Assembly: GCA_051294375.1 (NCBI GenBank)
Contig: CM119267.1
Coordinates: forward strand, 8,249,951 to 8,313,950
Length of the DNA stretch: 64,000 nucleotides
Source of the DNA: Paraspadella gotoi
Lineage: Eukaryota; Animalia; Chaetognatha
Direction of reading: 5' to 3'
Below the pieces are notes generated by a model. That model searched no databases and was not told where the DNA came from. It saw only the letters and a program-made list of their open reading frames with translations. Shown here one piece after another: positions 23,201 through 35,367 of the stretch (position 1 is its first letter; each line of letters begins with the position of its first letter). The translations under genes and the position numbers were made by a program.

Positions 23201-24275
23201 TAAATTTTGAGTCGGAACAACAAATGGGATGAATTCTACGAGCTTTTAACCAATTTGTTTGGACGAGATAGTCTTTCATAATTATCATTTTCAAATGTTT
23301 ACTGTTTACTGTCATTTTGACTGTCCCTATCTTTTTTTTTTTTCATGGAAATGAAAAAGTAGACGAAGTCACATTGCTTGCTTTGAATTAAAAAAAAAAA
23401 GGAGAAGCGGACCGTCTACTAAAATGTTCAAATGTGCATTTTTAAAAAAATGTCATTCATATTTGACTGTTTTTTTTTATTTAGTACTTTAATAGCTTTC
23501 CTCTCTAGTCTCTCCTCCGTCTCCATCTCACCATATTTTGAACGCCAGGATAAAACTGCATTCCTTCCTCTTCTTCGCTTTCCGTCTCTTCGCCGTCTCC
23601 ATCCTCGATGAACTGTGAACCGTTGTCTGAAATGTCAGAAAAATATCCTTATTAATTAAGAGTCAAAGAAATAACAAAAGAAAAAATTATTAGTTAAGAA
23701 AAAATCCCAAGGCTGCAGAAAATGATATAAGGGAGTGGCCTTTCATACAATTTAAACTTTCTTTGAAATATTAAATATTATTTTATAATATATATTTGGG
23801 AGTGAATAAATAAGACTGTGAGAGATTCTTGATTGAAAGCTTATTTATTAAATGACTAGATAATTTTCATATTGGTTGTACCAATTTCATAAAAACAATT
23901 GAAATTTTGTGAATATATCGGTCCAACTTAAATCGAAAAGTTAAGTCCCGAAGAATTTATTTCTTATAATTTTACAGTTCAACTACGCAATTAGTGCGAT
24001 TAAACTATTAGTTAAAGATATTTAATGAATTTAAATAGGTTAAAATTTAAAAGAAAACAAAACGAAAATGCTAAAAAAGGAAACGCGAGTACAAAAAACT
24101 TTTTTTTGCAATCACCTGTCCTCTTAATCGGCGCCTGTCGATGCTGAAGAAGGTGTGCCCGTTCGTCGAAATCCTCATCGACGACGGTGGCGGACGCGGC
24201 GCCGATGAACTGCGCCAGGAACTCCGCCTCCGACGAAGGAAGCGGCGAGTCCCCGGACCCTCCGGCGGTCGCCAT
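20292..24275 (-). CDS. Fer2: bHLH transcription factor of the Fer2/48-related-2 subfamily (PTF1a/Fer group); frame disrupted as assembled
   Basis: bHLH exon ending at 20836 encodes [56 protein letters not shown]. The last exon (about 20441-20292) has [19 protein letters not shown], the Fer2-type C-terminal motif as recalled from Drosophila ([19 protein letters not shown]). Upstream exons to an ATG at 24275 are tentative. Confidence 0.8.
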
Positions 24276-24676
24276 AGCAACCGCGGCCCTCCGATTCCTG
24301 AACCAGTAGATTTTTCGACGAGAAGTGAAAAGAAACTGAACAAAATCGCGAAAGGAAGAAGTTGAAGATGTTGAAGACGGTTGAGAACCCTTTGTCGGAA
24401 ATCGAAAGTGGCCGAAAAAGAATGGAATGGAACGACTCGGGGTTTTATACTGCGCCCAGTGGCGGCAGAATGCGCGACGGCGGCGGAGAACGCTGCCGAG
24501 GCGATGAGCGCGACAATCGCCCGAGCACTGCAGCGTGAATTTCAACGTTTTTCTATCAGCGCTGAATTCAGTACTGCGATCATAATAACGGTATAACCCC
24601 GCCAACTCAAACACTCCCACGTGCCGGCACGCGTTCCATCAAAAGGATAAAAAACCAAATTTACCGCTCATTTAGC

Positions 24677-24688
24677 CGCGCATGCGCA
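24677..24688. promoter_or_regulatory. NRF1/EWG-type motif CGCGCATGCGCA upstream of the putative Fer2 first exon
   Basis: Matches the consensus YGCGCAYGCGCR, in a CpG-rich patch about 400 bp upstream of the ATG at 24275. Also present in the duplicate at about 32160-32171. Confidence 0.4.
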
Positions 24689-25016
24689 GGCATCGACAGT
24701 AAATTCCATGTGAAATTCAGCGCTGCAATAGTGAGCGCAGTACTGCGGAAACGCCTTGTATCGTTTCGAAAGTGAAAAACAGGAAATGCTTTCAAGAATT
24801 TGTTTTTTTTAATTAATCTTAAGTACTTTAAGAAATATTTCTGAGATAAATTAGATGAGCCTCAATTCAGACAATTTTAATCAAATTCCTTTCAACTATT
24901 AAATTATTCTTCGATTTTTATTAATATACTGACTGACCTACCGAAGTTGAAAAATATTGGGTTTTTTTTTCCTCCCACCAAATTCCCCCTCAATATCAAT
25001 CATTTTTCCACAAAAG

Positions 25017-25041
25017 NNNNNNNNNNNNNNNNNNNNNNNNN
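25017..25041. other. Assembly gap (25 N)
   Basis: N run at the junction of duplicated segment A. Confidence 0.99.
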
Positions 25042-25988
25042 AGTCGAAATTCACTGGTTGTCGTTCAGGCTTATATGCAAATGTTATTTAAATTAATCTA
25101 CCGAAAAAAAAGTAATAAGTCGTTTGCGTCAAGGACTCCTGATTATTAAAATTCCATTTCCCGGATAACAGCAAAGGAAAAAAAAAATAATAATAAAATT
25201 CAAGAAGCTTAAATGAACTATTTTTCCTACTCCAATTTCGCGAGACACTTCGCATAATATCGACAATTAGTACATAAGGAGTTGAGGTCTATACAGTATA
25301 CAGTTGCCTAAAAGACTTAAGTTATTCCGGCAAGAAATCATATTGAATCTAGTTTTGTTTTTTTATGCAAGAATTTTAATATGAGAATCAGAAAGGAGTA
25401 AATTTAGAAAAAAATTTGAAAAATTGAAAAAGTGAAGAGAAAAGTTACGAATTCACACGTTCGCTTAAATTAGTTCTCAGCTTCCTTTCGCCAACAGCAC
25501 GTTAAAACAAACAACGGAAATGCTGACCAACTTTTGTACGCAAACCCGTAATAAAAAAAATCGTTTTATTTTCATTTATTTTACTGTTACATTATTAAGG
25601 TTGGAACACAAACAGCGCATATTCGAAATATGTAGTTAATAGATTTGTAGTATAGATATACATATATCTCGGGCATTTATTTCGGAAGGGCAAAATTTAT
25701 TTTCGCCGACCGGGGTTTTTGGGTTCTTTTGAAAAATCATTTAAAAATATTTACTTTAATAAAATTTATTACCGAATTATCCTAACCCTAAACCCTCTTA
25801 AACCTAACTACCCCTACCTGAAACCAATCTTAAACCACCCTTGACCCTAACCCCTAAACCCTAAGCCCTAAACCGGTCGGCGAAAGTAAAATTACCCAAA
25901 AAGCCCATATACATGCAATACATACAATAAATAAACAAACAAAATTCTCGCCATTTTTGTACATCAAAATTTTGAAAACAAGCCATAC

Positions 25989-26137
25989 CTGAGAAATTGC
26001 TGAAGACACGAGTCACAGAAAGCATGACCGCAAGACGTGATCTTGACCGCATCTTTCATTGAGGCAACGAGCGAGACGGGCACGTCAGGGCGGAAGGAAC
26101 GCCGCCCAATGCTTCCACGCCCCGCGTGACCGGGCAT
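25989..26137 (-). other. TRAF4: Second, frameshifted copy of TRAF4 exon 1 within the duplicated segment
   Basis: MPGHAG...MKDAVKITSCGHAFCDSCLQQFL with indels relative to 18456-18601. Confidence 0.85.
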
Positions 26138-27818
26138 GTCCCTAAGACTTTGCGCCGAGTCGAGATCGAACAATTTTTGATAATTTTTTTTTTTGTGTGT
26201 ATTTCTGTTTTTCTCGAAATTAACTCATTTTGGGTCTCATTTCTTTCAATTGTCAGCCTCGTTCATTTAATTGTTTGAAAAAATTCTTATTTTTCTCTTT
26301 TAATTATTTCTTTTGTCTCATCAAACTTGTTTTCCGGGAATGATTCATCGGACAACTGCGTTAGAATTCCAATCCGAGAATTTTTTTTTTCCAAATTAAG
26401 GAACGAAAAAAACACTTCTCGCTGAGCCGAGGAGAATGAGGAGAGGGAGAGGAGGAGGAGGAGGAGCGGAGGAAAAGAAGTTCGACGACGACGACCGACG
26501 ACGGTAAGGACCGCGAGGAGCGAATGTTCGGAAATTTGGCACAATTGTTGAGATGAAGAAAGATAGAGAGAGATGGAACGAGTTTACTTTTAATTTTCGC
26601 AACAACATTCAGCCTTCAGGCAAATCTTTGAAATTCCCGAGTCAAATCTGGTTAAGAAAATGGTTCAACCACTTAAGGTCGTAAGAGACAAAGTAAACAA
26701 ATAAAATATAAACTTACTGAAATAATTACTACAAATATGCCTTCAAAATATATTCAATATACACCTCATTGTAATTTATTGTTGCTAAAAAATTAGATAT
26801 CACTTAAGTTAAGTTGCTTTCAAAGTTTCAAAAAACTCCGTTCTAATACTTAAGGGAGTGGTCTTTTCATACAATTGAAACATTCTTTGAAACATTACAC
26901 TACTTCATTGATAGGAAAGCCAGGTACTCTGGGAGTGAATAAACGAGACTGTGAGAAAGTCTTGATTGAAAGCTTGCAGGGATCTGCTTTGTCATATCTT
27001 GTAAAGAAGTGATGGAGGCCTTAAACCACCAGAGCCTGTCCAAAGTCAGGGGCAAGATAGTTGTTTATTAAATGAATGGATAATTTTTATATTGGTTGTA
27101 CCAATTTCATACGTAAGCTCGTCTTCCGAGGTTCGAAGCTAACACTTTTGTTTCAATGATGGCTGTTTTAGCTGTTATTGTGTAAGAGGGCTCTCGCGAC
27201 AGAAGTATTTCTTACAAAACAAAAAGTTCGCACGGAAAACATAAAAGACAAAAATTATTGATGTATAATAAATCATTGTTTTAAACAAAAATTATATATA
27301 TAAATACATGCAAAATTTTTATAAAATGTTTTTGTACTTTAGTAGGTTAAAAGAGGATCTGAAGAGGACCCAAGAGACTGGGCAAATGAGTTTAAATAAT
27401 GATCGTCCGTAGAAAACAAACAAATATGTAAATAAATAATTCTCACGTGCAAATCTAGGAATAAAATTTGACAATAATTAATGACGACGTTTTCCGCGTT
27501 TTTAAGGATCGTGCACGTCGGTCGACGGAGACGCGGTCCGCTCTCCAAGCAAATCCTGGAAAAATTAACGAAAAATCGTTGCAAATGAGCATACAGGGCA
27601 CACTGGGCACACTGGCACACTGGGCAGTGGGCACTCTGGGTTAATTACTATAGCGATTCTATAGGATTCTGTCTCGGGTTTAAATTTGTTAGAAATCGAT
27701 TTTTTTTTAATTTCCCGAGAATAAAAAAAACCAAAAAAATTTTTTTCTCAGAAAATTAGAAATCGCGTTGGAAACCTCAAAGCTGCATTCCGGTCCATGC
27801 ACAAACGAAAGTTGATCA

Positions 27819-30800
27819 TCACCACCTTCGATAGTCTTGCGGATGTATGCCAGGTTTTCCCAATGGATCCAAGCCAATCTCGCCGTCAAGTCGGAGGTGT
27901 TCCAAACTCGTTCCCTTGCCTTTGAATCCCTGGCGCCAACATTTTTCTAGAAACTCCAGTGGGTCGGAACCTTATAGAAAATCATGGCTGCCGCATGAGG
28001 TTGTAATTTGTTGTTTTTTTTAAACACCCTCTTTTTATTAATGGCACCGTTAATCCTAAAGCTACTAATATCTTTTAGCAGAAATTCTTCTTTATTTCCT
28101 ACTTCTTTTATTCCATATCAAGGTCACAAGCTTTTCGACTTACAATCAATAATTTTTTTTAATCTCACTTGTCTCTTAAACTTTTTCAGAGCATAAATCT
28201 GATTAACTTGCCACGAACTCGTGAGCAAGATAGCAATTTTAAAACGGATCATATTCGTTACGCAAACCATCAAAATTTATACGTACATAACTACATTAAA
28301 GGTTTTAAATTTTTTTGGTACAAAAACCGAATAGCACCGAAGGTCACTGTCATTTTTCTTACCCGAATCAAGGATGCTTGCAAAAGTCCGATGTAAGCGA
28401 CGGCGAGTCTGAAGAGTATCGATCTTGGAGAGTCGTTTTTCGTAGGGGAAGCTCGGAACACGCGTTGACGAAGCTCTTCAAAGGCCGCGTTGATGCTAGG
28501 CATCCGCCTTCGCTCGCGGATGTTTGCCGCATTACGCTGCACTCTGGAAGGAAAGGAAAAGTTTTTTCTCTTCAGACCTGCCTAGAGTGACGCGTTTATC
28601 TATAACATGGAAAAGTATGTTTTAAATCTTAAAATCTTAACTTCACATATATGTAGACATACTGACTTTGGAACGTATGTCGTCATGGAAACGTGAGCGT
28701 AGTCGGTGACTGCGCGACTCTGGTCCAGATTCACCACACCCAAATCCATCGTTGGCGCCATCTGTGATTTTACATTCAGTCTAAATAAAATTGATTCCAT
28801 TCCACCGCTGGATATTTTAATATTGAGATTTACTAGCTTAGTTTACTTTTTATGATCAGTGACTATACAATATACATATTTTACTACTCTTATTTAATAA
28901 TTAAAAGGATTTCCAGACCTACTCCGTTAGGAGTTTCATTGGTTTTTGTAACTCCGACATTCCGACAACTACTTGTAATTCCAAGTCGATACTTGTCAGT
29001 GTAAGTATTGTTTTTTTTTTTCAAAATTACCAGAAAAAATTTTGTCATAATTCTCAGACGATTTAACTCACTTGAGGAAGCCGAGCACCGATCGTCGTCT
29101 TTTGCGTCGTGATGATTTTCATCGGTTTTGGAAACCGGAAATTTTCCACAGGTCGCAAATCCTTTGAGTAAATTAGGTAAATTATTTACATAGCCATAAT
29201 AAACTAGACTGTGAGAGAGTCTTGATTGAAAGTTTACAAGGCCTTGCTACGTTAATATCTCGTAACAGGGAAGCAGATGTCCAACATAGTCTGTCCAAAG
29301 TCAGGGCCAAGAATGAATGAATAATTTTTTTTTATATTTGATTTTACAAATTTCATATTATCATTTACTAATAATACGTTTGTTTTACTATTTTAAGAGA
29401 GCTATCTAATTATAAATGTCCTCACGACCTTCATTTCTTCCGTTTTTCCTCCTCCTCCTCCTTTCCATATGTTCTAACCTTTCCTCTTCCTCTTTCCGTC
29501 CTCCTCCGTTTTGCCGTTGATCAGCGTCGTTCTTGCCGCCGTCGCCGCCATCGTCGCCGTCGTCGTCGCGCAGCCGTCCGCTGTCATCAAGGAATGCGGC
29601 GTCGCTGAGTCGTAACGGTTTTGTAGCTGCTGCTGCGGTTGCGACTTGGCGCCTGCGTCTGACAGATGCGGCGCCGGTTCTGAGAGAATGGGTGAAGATG
29701 GAGCCAACGTTGCGAAGCCCGCCGCCGCCACCGCAGCCGCCGGATCTGGCGTTGATGTTTTTGCCGCCTCCCGTCGTCGTCAACGAATGCGCCCCAAGCT
29801 GGCAAAAAAATGGCGCGATCTTCCTCCGAGTCGAACTGGACATTCTGAATATGGTGAAGAAACAGAATTTCAGGGTTACCATCTCTTCCTAATGGAAAAT
29901 CACATGGATCACAGATCATAGATCGCATAGCCTGTTCAAAGTCCCGGGCAAGCTAGTAGCTTATTTATTAATGAATGAAAAATAATGAAGTTTATTACTT
30001 CTAAAAATATTCACAAATACAGTAATATAAAAAATAATAGTTAGAACTAAAATATATTGTACTAAGTTAAAAATGTTTTTCTCTTACAAAATTATTACTT
30101 TAATGAAATTAAAATCTACATTTCTGATATCTCGAAAAATTTAGTGAAACAAGTAATTTTGTAACTTTCATAATGTATGGCTGTGGGTAAGCATAATGTG
30201 AAGCGTAAGTTTTGGTCGCTGATTCGAAAAGTATATTTTCTTGTTTGTGTTTTTTTTTTTTGAGAGAGAAAACTTTTGTTTGGTTTTATTCAATTTTATA
30301 CTTTGTTCCGTTTTTTAATTTCACATATTACCCGTCCTCACCTGTCCGAAACCGATCTGTTGAAAGTGTTGTTGGATGCTCATTTTGTTCGTGAGCGATG
30401 CTCATCGCTCCTCTTAGTCCCGAAGTCTCCGGCGCCGTCAACCGATTCTCGTCCTCGTGGAACGCCGCTTCGACCGTCCCTTTCCGGCGTCGCGGGCGTC
30501 GCCGTGACGATCGACGTCGCCCGAGAAAGCGAGGTGGGATGCGTGATGGTCGTAATCGAAGTCCGGGTTGTGGAGGGCGAGGGAGCGTTTGTGGTGGAGG
30601 AGGTTGTGGTGGGCGTGGTGAGGTTGGGCGAGAGAATTCGCCGAATCTTTGAAAACCCGGATGTGGGTGAAGGGCGATGGGAAATTCCTGGTGGATCGAT
30701 CGTCGGTCGGTGAAATTATAATTTGTGAGTCGGAACAACAAATGGGATGAATTCTACGAGCTTTTAACCATTTGTTTGGAGGAGATAGTCTTTCATATCT

Positions 30801-31756
30801 TTTCAATGTTTACTGTTTACTGTCATTTTGACTGTCCCTATCTTTTTTTTTTTTCATGGAAATGAAAAAGTAGCGGAAGTCACATTGCTTGCTTTGAATT
30901 AAAAAAAAAAAGGAGAAGCGGACCGTCTCACTAAAATGTTCAAATGTGCATTTTTTAAAAAAATGTCATTCATATTTGACTGTTTTTTTTTATTTAGTAC
31001 TTTAATAGCTTTCCTCTCTAGTCTCTCCTCCGTCTCCATCTCACCATATTTTGAACGCCAGGATAAAACTGCATTCCTTCCTCTTCTTCGCTTTCCGTCT
31101 CTTCGCCGTCTCCATCCTCGATGAACTGTGAACCGTTGTCTGAAATGTCAGAAAAAATATCCTTATTAATTAAGAGTCAAAGAATAACAAAAGAAAAATT
31201 ATTAATTAAGAAAAAATCCTAAGGCTGCAGAAAATGATATAAGGCAGTGGCCTTTCATAACAATTGAAACTTTCTTTGAAATATTAAATATTATTTTATA
31301 ATATATTTGGGAGTGAATAAACAGGACTGAGAGATTCTTGATTGAAAGCTTATTTATTAAATGACTGGATAATCTTCATATTGGTTGTCCAACTTTAAAT
31401 CGAAAAGTTTAAGAAATTTATTTCTTATAGACACGCATACATTATTCGAACCACTAATTTTCAGTTCAACTATGCAATTAATGCGATTAAACTATTAGTT
31501 AAAAATATTTAATGAATTTAAATAGGTAAAATTTAAAAGAAAAAAAACGAAAATGCTAAAAAGGAAACGCGAGTACAAAAAACTTTTTTTGCAATCACCT
31601 GTCCTCTTAATCGGCGCCTGTCGATGCTGAAGAAGGTGTGCCCGTTCGTCGAAATCCTCATCGACGACGGTGGCGGACGCGGCGCCGATGAACTGCGCAG
31701 GAACTCCGCCTCCGACGAAGAAGCGGCGAGTCCCCGGACCCTCCGGCGGTCGCCAT
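27819..31756 (-). other. Fer2: Second copy of the Fer2-like gene within the duplicated segment (different indels)
   Basis: bHLH at about 28362-28545 and [12 protein letters not shown] at about 27850-27890. Frameshifts are mostly at positions different from copy 1. Confidence 0.8.
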
Positions 31757-33518
31757 AGCAACCGCGGCCCTCCGAATCCTGAACCAGTAGATTTTTCGAC
31801 GAAGAAGTGAAAAGAAACTGAACAAAATCGCGAGCGGAAGAAGTTGAAGATGTTGAAGACGGTTGAGAACCCTTTGTCGGAAATCGAAAGTGGCCGAAAA
31901 AGAATGGAATGGAACGACTCGGGGTTTTATACTGCCCCAGTGGCGGCAGAATGCGCGACGGCGGCGGAGAAAGCTGCCGAGGCGATGAGCGCGACAATCG
32001 CCCGAGCACTGCAGCGTGAATTTCAACGTTTTTCTATCAGCGCTGAATTCAGTACTGCGATCATAATAACGGTATAACCCCGCCAACTCCAAAACACTCC
32101 ACGTGCCGGCACGCGTTCCTTCAAAAGGATAAAAAAACCAAATTTACCGCTCATTTAGCCGCGCATGCGCAGGCATCGACAGTAAATTCCATGTGAAATT
32201 CAGCGCTGCAATAATGAGCGCAGTACTGCGGAAACGCCTTGTATCGTTTCGAAAGTGAAAAACAGGAAATGCTTTCTAGAATTTGGTTTTTTTAATTAAT
32301 CTTAAGTACTTTAAGAAATATTTCTGAGTATAATTAGATGAGCCTCAATTCAGACAATTTTAATCAAATTCCATTCAACTATTAAATTATTCTTCGATTT
32401 TTATTAATATACTGACTGACCTACGCGAAGTTGAAAATATTGGTTTTTTTTTCCTCACCAAAATTCCCCCTCAATATCAATCATTTTTCACAAAAGAACA
32501 ACTCGTCTTTCCGCGCTTCTTTCATTCGAAATCGTTCAATGTGTCCTCAATGGACGAGGCGCGTGGCGTTTGTTCAACAAGAAAAAGGTGGTCGTCTAAT
32601 TCGCCTCGTGTGGGAAAGTTCCGTCGACGATGATGATGATGATGATGATGATTTTAGTTTTACATTGTCTTTTTCGAAATTGTGGTCGCGAATTTCGTTT
32701 ACTTCCAAGTATGCAATTATTTATTTACTATCTATTACCCTCACTCTTTTTCTAGAGTTGAAAAATTAATTAAAGGTCTTTATCATATCGTAATGCGTAT
32801 TCAATTATCTTTTTTCTTTGCTTTTTCTCCACTTTACAAAAGTTTTTTTTGCCGATTCAACACTTCTTTTCATTGTTCTTCCAAACCACTTCTGTCTTCA
32901 ATTCCCACCCCAATGGCGCTTCCCCCTCTGCCCTTTCATCCCACGACTGGCTGCGACGTTTGCCCCGTTTTTTTTTCTTTCTCTCGCCACGAGGGGTCTT
33001 CTCACTGTGACTTGGTGACGCCGGAATGACGCGGGCGTGACGCGGCGCTACGGGCGTGGAAAACGAAAGGCGCGGGCAAACCTTGAAACGAAATCTTTTT
33101 CTTGGAAATTTAAAATTAAAAAATGGAAATTTACACTTCCTTGTCCCTATAACTGTGCTGATTTAATTTTACAATCACACTGTCATTTTTTTTTATTTCA
33201 TCCATCTAAATATAATTTAAAGGTTGTATGAAAATAATTTTAAATAAAGACAAGCAACGGATTCCACTTGAGACTTTTGTTTAAAACTAAAGATTCTTGG
33301 CCTCCTTTTCGGACCGCTCGAGGGCCCTGAAGCAGAGTCGGCGTGGGAAATTCGACCAACGTCTGCGGAGGCGTCGTTAGTTCGTCTAATACTAAATCAT
33401 GAGGTCATTTAACATAACGTAAAAAAAAACAAACAATTGGGCGAGGAACAATAAATTGTCTCCAAAAAAAAAAACGAAACCTACAACGCAGGTTCAAGTT
33501 TTCTTATTCTCATTTAAA

Positions 33519-35367
33519 CTATGATCTAGCGTCATTTTTATCATCTTCCTCTTTCTTTTGTTCTTCATTTTCTTCAGCCTTTTGTTTAGCCTTTAGTTCG
33601 GCCGCCAGTTTCTTTTCTTCCTTCAATTTCTTCGCACGAGTCTCGCAACTGAAGAACTCTTCGGGGACGTCGTCCGCCCCGCTCAACGGTTCCATCACGT
33701 CGCGACATCTGTAGGCGAGAAAACGAACAAGAAGTCGAGTTGAGGTTAAAATCAAGCAGTGAAAGACCAACCACACTTATTTTCACGGCTAAGATACATA
33801 TTGAAGCCAATTTAACGAAAATGGTTAAAATTAAAGATGGTTTTTTGACTGACTTGTATTCAGCTTGTATAAAATCGAACCAGTCGTATCCAGTGCCACA
33901 CATTTGCCACGCGTAACCGAACCTTCTGCCGAAAGGGTTGGCTTGGTCGTCTTCGGGGTTCGTCGCCGACGTGGACCGTCGCGCTCCTGAATAACGAATT
34001 TGCGTTTCGGACACGAAAAAAAAATCAANNNNNNNNNNAGACACTTACCAACTGTACAGGTCATTTTGGCGGGTAAGACCCAATCCTTACGTCCACCGCC
34101 GTCCCATTCGTTGCAGAAGAAGGTAGGTCCAACGCTGTAGAAATCACTTTGGCTCGTTGGAAGATTGGGTCGCATGATTTGCTTGTGCATGAATTCGTAC
34201 CTTGAGGTATTCATGACAATGCTCAATAATACCAGTAAAACAAACGGTACAGTTAATCAGTGCGCTCACGGAATGATGCAGTCGCCTTCGATGTACTGAC
34301 AGGTCGGCTGAGTCTGCAACAAAAATAATTTTTTTTAACATTCACCCAGTTGATTAATTTTTTTTAAAAAATCTACTGACCATTGACCAGCCGTAATATA
34401 CGTTCTTCAGATCGAGTACCCTGTGATACTTATATGCCCGGGTTGAGGGGCAGGCGAGGGTCAAGACCGGTGCTCCGACCGTCGACGTACACCTCAAGGG
34501 AGAAAAATAAATACGTTGGTCAAAAATAGAGAAACTTTAGACAAGTGATGTGTGTAATACCTGGACATAACATAATTTTGATCCTCTGGACGGAAATAAA
34601 ATATGAAAGAGTCGTCCTTGGGTGAGGATTTCGAAGAGTCGCGTTCCCTTCGTCACTCCATCTGAAAAGAAGGTCGGGATTTCAGTCTTAAAAAAACAAT
34701 CTAAACGTTTTTATAATTAAATTTTAATTTTGAAAACCTGAGGAAGATGAATTTTTATCAAATACTACTTCAACTTCTACTTTTAAACCGTCGGTCCAGT
34801 TATCTCTCTTTCTACTTTCTGTAACACATCTCACCCTTTAATAATCACATTGAAGAATTTGATAAGTTTTCTCCTCTTAATTATTTACCTCTGCGGCCAT
34901 TCCCCCGTCCATTCTATTTTCTTTTTGCTCCTCCTCGTTCGTTTACCATTAAAGTCTTCTTCTCCCTCTTCCTCTTCCTCTTCTTTTCTTTCCTCCGAAA
35001 ATAAATGAGCGACATCTTCAGGCCAGACTTGGTCGTTTGAGAGCGGGAAGACACGGAGCTGATAGATAAAAAAAAAGTTTTTATTGTGATCAATATTATT
35101 TCAAATATTTTTTCAAAAACAAAGGACCATGAAGCCAAGTTTGATCCCTGGATCGAAGCCAACGTGAGGCAAATACAATGTTCAGATGGTATCGGTTAAT
35201 TCAAGCATTTAAGATTTTTTTTCCTTTTTACAAAAAAACACGTTTTTTAATCTCCTTACGACTTCTGATGAATCCTGTTTGTATCTGATAACGTAGGAAT
35301 TTGTAGAAAACGTGAGCAGCCAAAAAACCAATGCAAGAAAAGACGGCTTCTTCCCGAGTTTGAACAT
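33519..35367 (-). CDS. Secreted Cys-containing protein with a divergent SUEL/galactose-binding-lectin-like domain
   Basis: Spliced reading: MFKLGKKPSFLALVFWLLTFSTNS (signal-like) ... CTSTVGAPVLTLACPSTRAYKYHRVLDLKNVYYGWSMTQPTCQYIEGDCIIP ... FFCNEW ... TCTV ... QMCGTGYDWFDFIQAEYKC, then a Lys/Glu-rich tail. About 9 small GT-AG exons. One 1-nt indel near 34620 is resolved by the duplicate copy. The domain call is from the Cys/YG/YxC pattern only. Confidence 0.6.
34029..34038. other. Assembly gap (10 N), intronic
   Basis: N run. Confidence 0.99.

Larger units (their letters stand above)
17504..25016. repeat. Duplicated segment A, copy 1 (matches 25042-32496)
   Basis: Starts agtcgaa(a)actcactgg in both copies and ends cacaaaag exactly at the N gap 25017-25041. 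Confidence 0.95.
25042..32496. repeat. Duplicated segment A, copy 2 (probable alternate haplotype or contig overlap)
   Basis: Colinear with 17504-25016, with many 1-nt indels and a few larger differences. Confidence 0.95.

Noticed and set aside
25042-32496. Paralogous TRAF4 and Fer2 pseudogenes
   Set aside because: The copy starts exactly at an N gap and is near-identical even in introns. The same pattern occurs at all three 25-N gaps, which points to assembly redundancy.
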